Positions 43,077 through 53,162 of a stretch of DNA of 64,000 nt are shown in pieces. Below the pieces are notes generated by a model that saw only the letters and a program-made list of their open reading frames with translations, did no database searches and had not been told where the DNA came from. Positions within the stretch are counted from its first letter, which is position 1; every line of letters begins with the position of its first letter. Where the stretch lies: NCBI GenBank assembly GCA_044892525.1, contig CM097885.1, positions 2,606,001 to 2,670,000 on the forward strand, written 5' to 3'. The stretch is from Schmidtea polychroa. Its lineage: Eukaryota. Both the position numbers and the translations under genes were made by a program.

Positions 43077-44358
43077 ATGAATAATATAAAAATTCAAGAA
43101 AAAAATAAATTAAATCTTGATTATAATAAAGAATTTACTCATGAAATCAAGAAAAACGATGTACTTAAAATCTCCCCAACTTCAGGATCTATTGCAAACT
43201 TAAATCGTAGGGGTGATATAGTTTTTCAATCTCTTCAAACATCAAACCCTATAGATATTTGTAATGCCAAATTATATTATAAAATCGAATTAGAAATTGA
43301 AGCAAACAAAGATATAACCCTAGAAAATAATTTCTTTCCAAATTTATTCTCCAACATGAGATTAAAACTAGGATCATCAGAAATTGAAACTGTTTTGCAT
43401 CCGGGAGTATATTCTACAATGTTAAATTTTATTTTGACAGGTTATGATTATAAAAACGAATATGGTGAATTAACAGGTTGGATTCCTGATGTTAATAAAG
43501 GGGATTTAGATAAAGATGGTTTAGATGTAAACCATGGTTACCATAAAAGAGCTGAACTTTATAAATCTAAAAAATTTGAAGGTTATTTTGAATTAAAACA
43601 CTTATTTGGATTCCTTCAAAACTATAATCGTATATTTCATAATGTTTTTATAGAATTCATCTGTAATAGAGTAGAAGGTGATAAAAGATTGTTCTATGGA
43701 GCTGTAGATACAAAAGCTAAATTAAAATTATCAACACTTGAATTACATATACCTGAATGGACATTAAACCCACATTCTGAGATTAAACTCCTTGAAAGAT
43801 TAAATTCCAACAAGTCTATAAATGTAAATTATTTAAATAGAATCTGTAGGGAATTTAGTATGACAGAGGGTTCAACATATTCTATAAAGGTAGCAAATTT
43901 AGCATACCGACCAAGATATATCTTGATTGGATTCAAAGAAGTAGATTCATCTTTCCAAAAAAATAACAACTTGTTTATTCAAAAGATTGGAGTTGATAAT
44001 TTAAAAACAAATTCAATTAAATAGTTCTTATTATCCAATAAATAGAATGGAATTTAATATTGAAAATAATGAAAACATATTCCCATATCTAAATTATATT
44101 GAAACATGTTATGATTTCAAAGTTGAACCGCAATTAAGTTTAGAAGATTTCAAAAATTTATATTCTATATTTTGTATAAATGTTTCAGACCAAGATGATC
44201 GCCTAGCCATAAATAATGTTGATGTTACACTTCATGTAACAAAGGATTCTAATTTTAAAGCTAAAGTATATACATTAATATTAGAAGAAAAGAAAATAGA
44301 AATGAAATTATATGGTGGAAAGATTTCAATAATCGAAAATGTTAGGGGAGATTCTTGA
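43077..44358 (+). CDS. Polinton major capsid protein (double jelly-roll), frameshifted at about 44005
   Basis: Motifs LENNFFPNLFS, ELKHLFGF, PRYILIGF, QLNSSYYP and YSIFCINVSDQ. The +1 frame after the A-run at about 44003-44007 reads KQIQLNSSYYPINRMEF directly into ORF 44047. Confidence 0.8.
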
Positions 44359-44387
44359 TATAATCTCTGATATTTTAACATTTTAAA

Positions 44388-45800
44388 ATGTCTCTAAATA
44401 AATATTGGAGATGTGAAAGTTGTAATTGTCAAGTTACAAGACATCATAAAGCAAGTCATTTAAAAACTAAAAAACATACAGGAGGTGATCTAATTCCACG
44501 AGCTGGAGGCGATTTGCAATCTTCAAAAACAACATCTTCAATATTAAAACCTTTTACTACAGAAAAATATCCAGGTGAAAGACATTTATTTAAACACAAC
44601 TATACTGGACCAGGAACACGTCTAGATATTAGATTAGATGAAAATAATAATCCCAAACAAGGAGAAGAACCAATAAATAGAATTGATCAAGCAGCTTTAA
44701 AACATGACATTGCATACAATTCAACAAATCTTAGAGATAGACATGTTGCAGATGTGAATTTAATACATGATTTAAATAGTATCCAAAATCCATCAACCCA
44801 AGAAAAGATTCAAAGAGCTCTAGTTAAATTAGCAATGAAAGGTAAGATTTTCATAGGCTTAGGACACAGTCCGATCACCATGGGTGCAAGACTTCCTAGG
44901 AAAGCAAAAGATGTTGCTTATAAAAAGATTATCGAACAAGCAGAGATTGAAAGATCCCTCGAGAGTACAGCCAAGACTAGTTTACAAACCCCAACAGAAT
45001 CAGAAATAAAATATGCAAAGGAATTACACCATGAATTTAGAAAAAATAAAAAATATTTAAAAGTTCAAGTACATGAAAAAGATCAAACATGGTCTGCTGA
45101 TTTAGTCTTTATGCCAACCAAATCATCAGACCCTGAAAAATATAAAATAATTTTAACTGTAATAGATTTATATACAAGATTTGCTTTTGCAAGATGTTTA
45201 GAAAATAAAACAGGATATTCCATTACAGAAGCATTTGAAAATATATTTGAAGAAAATCAAAGAATCCCAAAATATTTATGGTGTGATAAAGGAACAGAAT
45301 TTTATAACAAAGTTTTTACAAAGTTTTTAAATGAAAATGATATTAAATTATATTCAACAGAAAACGAAGGAAAAGCAGTCGTAGTTGAAAGATTAAATAG
45401 AACATTAAAAAATAAAATGTGGAAATATTTTACTGCTATTGGAAAACAAAAATGGAACAATGAATTGTTACAAAAGATTGTAAATGAATATAATAATGAT
45501 GTACATAGTTCTATAAAATTAACACCTTTAAATGCTTCCATGAAGCCTGAAACCATTAAAGTGGTAAATATTGAAAATGATGTTATTGAAAAACCAAAGT
45601 TTAAAATTGGTGACCGAGTAAGAATATTTAAATATAAAAATAAATTTGAAAAAGGATTCACAGCAAAATGGACAAATGAAATTTTTATTATAAATAAAAT
45701 ACATTATACAACTCCAATAACATATAGCATCTTTGATTTAAATAATGAAAAATTATTAGGTAGATTTTATAATAATGAACTACAGAAAACAGATTTTTAA
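44388..45800 (+). CDS. C2H2 zinc finger + parvovirus-type PLA2 + retroviral-like (rve) integrase fusion
   Basis: CESC...H...H finger; HNYTGPG...NRIDQAALKHDIAY; DDE motifs WSADL / WCDKG / VVERLNRT; C-terminal KFKIGDRVRI...WTNEIF region typical of Polinton integrases. Confidence 0.92.
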   Translation: MSLNKYWRCESCNCQVTRHHKASHLKTKKHTGGDLIPRAGGDLQSSKTTSSILKPFTTEKYPGERHLFKHNYTGPGTRLDIRLDENNNPKQGEEPINRIDQAALKHDIAYNSTNLRDRHVADVNLIHDLNSIQNPSTQEKIQRALVKLAMKGKIFIGLGHSPITMGARLPRKAKDVAYKKIIEQAEIERSLESTAKTSLQTPTESEIKYAKELHHEFRKNKKYLKVQVHEKDQTWSADLVFMPTKSSDPEKYKIILTVIDLYTRFAFARCLENKTGYSITEAFENIFEENQRIPKYLWCDKGTEFYNKVFTKFLNENDIKLYSTENEGKAVVVERLNRTLKNKMWKYFTAIGKQKWNNELLQKIVNEYNNDVHSSIKLTPLNASMKPETIKVVNIENDVIEKPKFKIGDRVRIFKYKNKFEKGFTAKWTNEIFIINKIHYTTPITYSIFDLNNEKLLGRFYNNELQKTDF

Positions 45801-45811
45801 GTCGACAAGCC

Positions 45812-46552
45812 CTAAAACAAACTTTTCCATATTTCAGCTTCTTCTCTATCCAAATAAATATAATTATATTTTTCTTTCCAATGATTATCAACAAACATAT
45901 CAAACATATTCTTATCAGGTTCAACATTTGAAAATAAATCATTATAAATCATATTCTTATCACGGCGATCTAATTTAAAAAATATAAAACAATTGGAATT
46001 ATTTCTTATTGAATTTTTATCTAAAGCATAATATGTTTGAGATATATAAATAACATTACAATTATTATGTCGACCTCGTGTAAAGTAACTCTTTTGAATC
46101 TCTTGATTTTTCATATTAACAACATCATCAAATATAACTAGATTCTTTTTATCTTTAGGAAGTAAATCACAATGTAAAACATCTTCAGGTTTATTAGAGA
46201 ATAAAACTTGAATTGCCTCCTGCCCTTCTTCACAAATATAATCATTTTTATTACTAATATCTGATTCTAAAATCTTTTCCTTATACCAATCAACCATATC
46301 ACAAGGTTGAAAAACTTCTTCAGGACACCTATGTTGATTTTTAAAAATATCAATTATTGCTTTTTTAGTTAATTTATTTTCAAATCCACATTTCAAAAGT
46401 TGTAATTCTGGTTGATTTATGGTTGTAGAATAAAAGATTAAATTATTATAATCTAAAAAATCATCTTCAAGTAACATTCTCAAAACAAGTACATTCTTTC
46501 CACATCCAGAAGAACCAACAATTAATAATCTAAAATTATCAGGAAATACTTT
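45812..46552 (-). CDS. A32/FtsK-like genome packaging ATPase, main part (native first 18 codons displaced to 51254-51309)
   Basis: Walker A GSSGCGKN, Walker B LVIFDD, RGRHNN and ISQ motifs. Confidence 0.92.
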   Translation of the reverse strand, partial: KVFPDNFRLLIVGSSGCGKNVLVLRMLLEDDFLDYNNLIFYSTTINQPELQLLKCGFENKLTKKAIIDIFKNQHRCPEEVFQPCDMVDWYKEKILESDISNKNDYICEEGQEAIQVLFSNKPEDVLHCDLLPKDKKNLVIFDDVVNMKNQEIQKSYFTRGRHNNCNVIYISQTYYALDKNSIRNNSNCFIFFKLDRRDKNMIYNDLFSNVEPDKNMFDMFVDNHWKEKYNYIYLDREEAEIWKSLF

Positions 46553-46713
46553 AGTTAAATCCATCTTTAGATCCATCTTTAAATTTGCAGCAAAAATCTC
46601 GAAACTAACAATATATATTTAATCAAAGAATTTCTAAATAACAAGTTTTAATTAATTCGCAAAACCGCCAATTCCAAATTATTTAAACAAACAGATATCT
46701 AACTCTCCCCTTC

Positions 46714-49700
46714 TTAAGAATTTTTCCACTTCTTCAGCCACTCGATTCTTCTTTCTTTCGTTCCTTCTTGTGAATGTAGTTCGACTCGATGAGGTGATAG
46801 AAATCTGGCGATTTTATATGGGCCATCGTATTGCATACCATCCTTGTGCCTGTTCTGCGGCTCTTTACGTACGAGTACCTCCTCCCCCACCTCGAAAACA
46901 CGAGTGCCCCTCTTTGTCTTATCCATGGCTCTCATAGTGTCTGCGGCTTTACTCGAATTAAATCTCGCGTCTTCGATTCTTTCGCTTCTTGATATCTCGG
47001 CTTGTTTCAGGTTAGAGTGTAGGTTAACACTCCGTCCATAGATTATCTCAAATGGTGATAAACCTGTAGCACTTTGTCGACTGCTATTTATAGTGAACTC
47101 TATTCTGGGTAGAAGTTCGTGCCAGTTTCTCTCTTCACATCCGCCTGCCAATGTTGCTGTAATAAGATCTCTTATCGTTCGTATGGCTCTTTCGGCTAAA
47201 CCATTTGATTGGTGCTGATAAGGTGAGCTGAATTCCTGTTTGATTCCAAGTTTCTGTAGCTTCTGTCTTAAAAAATTCCCTTCGAAATTTCGGCCTCTAT
47301 CTGTTAAAATGCTCTTCGGTTTTCCAAATCGATAGATCCAACTATTAAGTATTGTTTTGAAAATGGTCCCTTCGTCTTGCTTTGTGATTGCAGTTAAAGA
47401 AATCAGTTTGCTAAAACGGTCCACCATTACTACCATATATTTTTTCATGGCGTTTATTTCCATGTAAGCCACATCTAAAACAATCTGTTCTAGGAATTCA
47501 GAGCTATATCTAGGAATAAATGTTTCCTTGGTTTTTGTCTGATCGATCTTTCTCTTAGCGCAGATCTCGCAACATCGTAAACAGAGTTGGATTGTTTCTT
47601 GCATTTTCGGCCAATAAAATATCTTTTCCATATAATGAAATAATTTCTTAACTCCAATGTGACATAGTTCTTCATGTAGTGTTGTTGTTAACAGGCCTGC
47701 AAATGTTTCTGGGACTAACATTAAGATATTTTTGTTCTTTTCTACTGTTATTAATCCTCCATCAATTCGTGTATTTTTTACGTTAAAAGGAAAACAATTC
47801 TTTTTCTCCCGTGTACATCCATTTTCCAATATCTCTCGCAGCTCTTGAAACCGAATGTCCTTTTGTTGTTGTTCCCATACTTTTTCCATAGCTTCTGTTC
47901 TTTGGATAGTATATATATATCTAATCTTTGATTTTCCTTGCTTAGCTTCTTCATGTCTTGTTTGACACTGGGTGCAAATCATACTTTTTAATCTTGATAG
48001 TCCATATGCATTCGAGTGTTCTTCTCCTTTCCGATATTTTAGTTCAAAATCATATTCCGACAGGTTAGCTAACCATGTTTGGAACTGCGGACTGATTGGC
48101 GTTTTTGTAGTGTTCATGAAAACCAATGCCTTGTGGTCGGTGCGAATTATGAATTTTTTTTCCGTACAGATATTCTCTAAAATGCATGACGTATTCATGT
48201 ACGGCGAGCAGTTCTTTCCTGGTTACACAGTATCCCTTTTCATGTGATGACATATGTCTCGAGCCATAAGCTATGACAGATTCTTCTCCATCTTCTGTAA
48301 TTTGACTCAAAACTGCACCAATGGCTCCAAAACTAGCGTCTGTGTCTAAGATAAAAGTCCTATCTTCTCTTGGAAAATCAAGGATAGGTGCTTCGCACAA
48401 CCGTCTCTTCAGAGTTTGGAAGCTCTCATTGCATTCTTTAGTCCAATTTATATCTTTATCGCATCCAGATGTTGCAGCGTATAATGGTTCGGCGATTTTG
48501 GCATAGTCTTTGATGAATCTTCTATAGTAGTTCGTTAATCCGAGAAACGATCTCAATTGTTTTGAACATTTTGGTACTTCTGCTTTCTCAATCTCTTCCA
48601 CTTTCTTCCTGTTTGTCTGGATACCCTTCTCGTTAATTGTGTGACCAAGGAAACACAATTCTGTTTTATTGAATTTGCATTTTTCTGGATTTATCTTCAG
48701 TCCTGCCACTTGAATTCTTCTGAATATTTCCCTTAATAGCTCATCGTGGTCTTTTTGACTTTTACCATATACCAAGATATCATCTAGATAAACTACTACT
48801 CCCTTGAATAGCATTCCTTCTAGCACTGTGTGCATCAGTCTCTGGAATGTCGCAGGAGCTGTTGCTAAGCCAAATGGTAGTCTATTGAAGCAAAATTGTC
48901 CTTCTCTTGTACTGAATGCAGTCATCTCTTGAATTTCTGGAGCTAACTCCACTTGATAATACGCCTGACCTAAATCGATTGACGAAAATATTTTTGCATT
49001 CGCGAGACAGTCTAGTAAGAATTTGGTGTTAGGCATCGGAAATGACTCTTTTTCTGTTATGGAATTTAATCCACGATAATCTACACACATCCTGATAGAT
49101 CCATCTTTCTTCCCTACTATCACTAACGGGGCATTCCAAGGACTCTTGCAACACCGAATAACATTTGCTTTCATTAACTCTTTTATCAGTTCTTCAATCT
49201 TTTTCTCCATGTGCATTGGTTGACGTCGAGGATGTTGCATTATTGGGCCTCCTGTTATCCGCATCTCATGTCGAACTAAGTTTGTAAATCCCAGATCGAA
49301 TTTCGATGCCATAAAAATTCCGCCGAATTCCCTGATCATTCCTTCAATATCTTTATTATTCTCACCTGCCATTGCCACTAGTGCTTTATTTATTCTTTCT
49401 TCATCAGTGTAAATTTTGTTTATCAATGACGTTTCTATATTATTGATTTTCATTAACTTTACTCCAAACTCTTTCATTGTATCAATGCCCCCTATGAATT
49501 CGGGTTTGATCTCTTTTACCACTACTACTGTGATCATTTTGGTCTTCTGATTCCACGTGGCCGGTATAGTCATGTATCCCATTGCTTCTTCACCTCCAGT
49601 TGAAAAAACTCCGCACAATAATATCATACAACGTTTAAGTTCTGGTTTGCCTATTTTCTCCCACAAATTCTTGCTCATAACTGTTACTGATGCTCCAGAA

Positions 49701-49870
49701 TCCCATAACATCTCTGTTTCGGCATTATTCAACATTATTTTACTCCAATTTCTTCCATCTTTCGTCTGGTACATCTCTTCTTCTGCCTCGTCTCTTCGTT
49801 GTTCATTTCCTATTTCACAATTTATTGTCTTGACTCCACCGACGAAATGAAACCCATGGAGTCGCTGATG
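46714..49870 (-). CDS. pol: Gypsy Pol (aspartic protease, RT, RNase H, integrase), frameshifted at the T8 run 48154-48161
   Basis: WDSGA, RMCVDYRGLN, YLDD, DTDAS, TDHKAL, HHCC zinc finger, D-D-E and GPY motifs across ORFs 48065-49774 and 46714-48198. Confidence 0.95.
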
Positions 49871-51125
49871 TTTTTCCGTCTTCTCTCAATATAGTATATT
49901 TCTCAGGGACATTGTATCTATCTTCCATATTGCTGTGATCCATTCTGAAATCCTGGCTGTTCTCGGTGTAATCTCTTGTTTCAGATTTTGAATCTTCTTC
50001 TATGCACGCTATTCTTTGATATCGTTGTGGAACATCTTTCCGTAACGAAAAACAATCTCGGAACCCGTGTCCTTCCTTGCCACATATCAGACATTTATTT
50101 CCCAGTGGACACTCATACCTTCTATGTCCCCTTTCGCCACAGCAAAAACAATCACCTACCGTTAATTTTGGGACCGATGCTTGTGGTAGTCCCCTACTTT
50201 CATTGTACAGCCTCCTTGCAATATTCTTCATGGATATTGTTGGCAGCTTCCTTTCTGAGCTATTCGGGATTCTCGCATTTCTCAAGAATTGTTGTCTTGG
50301 AGATTGTTCTCGACGACCATGGTTATTTCCTTCGTATTGTATTGGTCCGCGTATAGGATGTTCGTCTCTTCTTGATCTGTGGTGACTAAATTGGTCCTCT
50401 GGTAGTCTTCTTTGTGATGATGTATGCATGGGATCTTGGGTATTCTTTTGAATTCTCATCTTCCCTCCCTCAGTCACGCTAGCGTATGTTCTTTGACCGA
50501 TTGCTTTAATAAATTCTGTTTTATGGTTTCCATTTTTGTTACTTTCAAAAATTTTCGCCAATGATCTCGTTTCTTCAATTTTTGTTTCTGGTTTCGTCAA
50601 TAGTATCTCTCTCAGTCTCGCATCGCGTGCTTTATTTGCGATGAGATCTTGAACAATATCTTCTTCTGATCGTCCTGAATTTATAACTTCAGCTAAAGCT
50701 TTCCTTAGCCGTATTTCAAAAGCTGCAAACCTTTCATCATCTTCCTGTTCCATAGCTGCCAATTCTCTGATTTTGTCAGTTATTGATTTTGTAATTGTGA
50801 ACGTATTTAAGAACCACGCTTTGGCTTTTACATCTGTTGTTTCTGTTTCTCTGACGTTTCCCAACAATGTCTTTGCTTCTGCCACTAATAACACATCGAA
50901 AGTGCTTGTCAATCGCTGTCCATTTGTCAGCAACCATTCTTCTATATCCCTGATCCATTCTTCGGCTTCTTTTAAACCTCGTCCATCATATCGTCTGATG
51001 TTCAATGTGAGCATGTCTTGGCATGATTTCGGTAGGCATTCCATTAGCGATTTTGTCGATTTTGAAATGGCGTTGATATTTTGATTTTCGGCGTGGTCGC
51101 CAGTTAAATCCATCTTTAGATCCAT
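49815..51125 (-). CDS. gag: Gypsy Gag with two CCHC zinc knuckles; start codon lies inside the 5' LTR
   Basis: CFCCGERGHRRYEC and CLICGKEGHGFRDC; capsid-like YDG...EEWI and QEDDERF motifs. Confidence 0.92.
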   Translation of the reverse strand: MDLKMDLTGDHAENQNINAISKSTKSLMECLPKSCQDMLTLNIRRYDGRGLKEAEEWIRDIEEWLLTNGQRLTSTFDVLLVAEAKTLLGNVRETETTDVKAKAWFLNTFTITKSITDKIRELAAMEQEDDERFAAFEIRLRKALAEVINSGRSEEDIVQDLIANKARDARLREILLTKPETKIEETRSLAKIFESNKNGNHKTEFIKAIGQRTYASVTEGGKMRIQKNTQDPMHTSSQRRLPEDQFSHHRSRRDEHPIRGPIQYEGNNHGRREQSPRQQFLRNARIPNSSERKLPTISMKNIARRLYNESRGLPQASVPKLTVGDCFCCGERGHRRYECPLGNKCLICGKEGHGFRDCFSLRKDVPQRYQRIACIEEDSKSETRDYTENSQDFRMDHSNMEDRYNVPEKYTILREDGKTSATPWVSFRRWSQDNKL

Positions 51126-51253
51126 CTTTAAATTTGCAGCAAAAATCTCGAAACTAACAATATATATTTAATCAAAGAATTTCTAAATAACAAGTTTTAA
51201 TTAATTCGCAAAACCGCCAATTCCAAATTATTTAAACAAACAGATATCTAACT

Positions 51254-51309
51254 ACTTTATTATTAAATTTACTCTTATGTCTATTTAAAATTGGTTTCCA
51301 AATATCCAT
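51254..51309 (-). CDS. Displaced native N-terminus of the packaging ATPase (MDIWKPILNRHKSKFNNK)
   Basis: Removing the LTR element and one TSD joins it in frame to VFPDNFRLLIVGSSGCGK. Confidence 0.85.
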
Positions 51310-51324
51310 TTTGTTTATTATAAA

Positions 51325-51840
51325 ATGACAACTGAAGAATCTTTGCAAGAATTAATAAATTCAAATAAAAATAAATCAGTAGTAATTGATGGTAAAAAAT
51401 ATTTTATTGGAAAACATGTAAAAGAACAAGTTAGAGCGAAGCTCCACGAAGCTAAAGAAGGTGGCATTCTTCCATTAGCTGCTTTAATACCTGCAATCAT
51501 TGCTGGTTTATCAGGTGCTGCTGGAATAGCTGGAGGAATTGCAACTACAGTTCAAAAAGCTAAAGAATCTCAAAAGACAGACCTAGAAAAAGAAAAACTA
51601 CAAACTGAAATCGATTCAATGAAGAAGGTAGGGCAAGCTAAGGGAAAGGGTCTCTATCTTGATCATTATAAAGGTAGAGGTTTAAATGATTTTTTAAAAA
51701 ATCAAATTTCTACATCTGAATCTTTATCTTCAAAAGATAAAGATGATTTAAAAAAAATATGTAAATCTTTAAAGAATGGATGCCTTTGTAAAACTAAAAA
51801 TGGTAAAGGTTTATACTTGAAGCCCTTCGAACCCCATTGA
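51325..51840 (+). CDS. Putative virion core protein, adenovirus pX/mu-precursor-like
   Basis: EGGILPLAALIPAIIAGLSGAAGIAGG resembles adenovirus pX (RGGILPLLIPLIAAAIGAVPGIA); repeated GKGL/GRGL motifs. Confidence 0.7.
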   Translation: MTTEESLQELINSNKNKSVVIDGKKYFIGKHVKEQVRAKLHEAKEGGILPLAALIPAIIAGLSGAAGIAGGIATTVQKAKESQKTDLEKEKLQTEIDSMKKVGQAKGKGLYLDHYKGRGLNDFLKNQISTSESLSSKDKDDLKKICKSLKNGCLCKTKNGKGLYLKPFEPH

Positions 51841-51862
51841 TACCATTTTTAATACCATTAAA

Positions 51863-52744
51863 ATGGTATATGAAGAAAGATTAGCACTTTTAAAAAAATT
51901 ACAATCAGAACAAGATAAATATAATAAAAAAGATACAACTCAACATGCTGAATCTATAATATTAAATGAGGTAATAACACAACAACAGGGGCCAACAATT
52001 AAAGCTATAAAAGAGTTGGAAGATTTCAATGAGCAAGCAAAATTTAAAGAGTTAGAAGATAAAAAACAAAAAATAAAAGAACTAGAGTGGCAGGATAAAG
52101 AAAAAGAATCCAGTGAAAACCATCCTGAAAGAAATCAAAGAAAACGCAGAAGAATTTCTAATGTGGAAGAAGAAGAAATGTTTTTAAAAACAAAACCTCT
52201 TAAAGTTGATCCTAAAATTAGAGATGATTTACCTCCTTCAATTAGACCCACATTTAATACTAATACTGAAGGATATCAAATAATAACAATTAATAAACAA
52301 AACTTTACTTTATATTCAAATTCAGAAAATAAATCACGTATTCATTCACAAAATGTTTATAATAATGAATATTTAGACTTTGAATTTACAGATGATTTTT
52401 ATAGATTACTTTGCGGATATTCTTCAGATGATGTTGAAAAAATTAAAAAATATTTAAATTTAATAAAATTAATAAGAGCTAGTTCTAAAGCAAAATATAT
52501 TCAAGATTTAAAGAATTATTTAAATAAAAATGAAAAGGGTTATGTTGTTACAGAGGGAGAGGGATTAATTAGTGAAGGTGGTAAACCAAATCCCATCAAT
52601 CTTTTTATTGAATTAAGAAAACTATTAGCTGCAAGGAAAGCAAGACATAATAATTTAGATTCTGATATTTTAAAGATTTCTAAAGATTTGTTAAAACAAG
52701 GAATAATTTCAAAAGATAAATTTAATAAGTATACGAAGTTATAA
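51863..52744 (+). CDS. Polinton hypothetical protein (293 aa)
   Basis: Intact ORF in the gene block; GEGL motif followed by a helical C-terminus (LRKLLAA...LLKQGII) of a kind I recall from Maverick ORFs. Confidence 0.7.
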   Translation: MVYEERLALLKKLQSEQDKYNKKDTTQHAESIILNEVITQQQGPTIKAIKELEDFNEQAKFKELEDKKQKIKELEWQDKEKESSENHPERNQRKRRRISNVEEEEMFLKTKPLKVDPKIRDDLPPSIRPTFNTNTEGYQIITINKQNFTLYSNSENKSRIHSQNVYNNEYLDFEFTDDFYRLLCGYSSDDVEKIKKYLNLIKLIRASSKAKYIQDLKNYLNKNEKGYVVTEGEGLISEGGKPNPINLFIELRKLLAARKARHNNLDSDILKISKDLLKQGIISKDKFNKYTKL

Positions 52745-52766
52745 ATACGAAGTTTTAAAATACAAA

Positions 52767-53162
52767 ATGACTCCTTCAATATTAGATTTTTTAAAAACAT
52801 TTGGAATAAATGCAAAAACAAATTTTGATTTAAAAGATTATGCAAATTATTTAAATTTAAAAATTAAAATATTAATGAATGATGAATTATCAAGTCTGGA
52901 GAGTCCCCTGAATATAATAATCAATTATCAAAATTCAAATGAAAAAGGATCTCATTGGGTTTGTATATATAAGAAATCTATCTACTTTGATTCTTTTGGG
53001 ATTAAACCTACTAAAGAAGTTGAAGATTATCTCTTGAGGGGTTCTCCGATTGATTCCCCAAATGGTTATACTTTTAACTCTTTACAAGTTCAACCTTTGA
53101 ATACTAAAATATGTGGTATTTTAAGTTTATATGTTTTGTATAGATTGAATAAGGGAGAGTAG
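52767..53162 (+). CDS. Adenain-like cysteine maturation protease, C-terminally truncated (native tail at about 55412-55483)
   Basis: GSHWV, YFDSFG and QVQP...ICG catalytic motifs. The duplicated 3' part continues ...NKGEGKGHTQDFESIIQEIYNDLESLL*. Confidence 0.88.
   Translation: MTPSILDFLKTFGINAKTNFDLKDYANYLNLKIKILMNDELSSLESPLNIIINYQNSNEKGSHWVCIYKKSIYFDSFGIKPTKEVEDYLLRGSPIDSPNGYTFNSLQVQPLNTKICGILSLYVLYRLNKGE

Larger units (their letters stand above)
46553..51253 (-). mobile_element. Full-length Ty3/Gypsy LTR retrotransposon inserted in the ATPase gene
   Basis: Identical 152-bp LTRs (46553-46704, 51102-51253) with AGTTA...TAACT ends; 5-bp TSD ACTTT (46548-46552, 51254-51258); PBS TGGCGACCAC (tRNA-Arg-like); PPT AAGAAGGGGAG; domain order PR-RT-RH-IN. 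Confidence 0.97.

Noticed and set aside
46553..46704. Idea that the 152-bp direct repeat is a duplicated Polinton ATPase promoter
   Set aside because: The PBS, PPT, terminal inverted ends and 5-bp TSD identify it as a true LTR, and the native ATPase start is at 51309.
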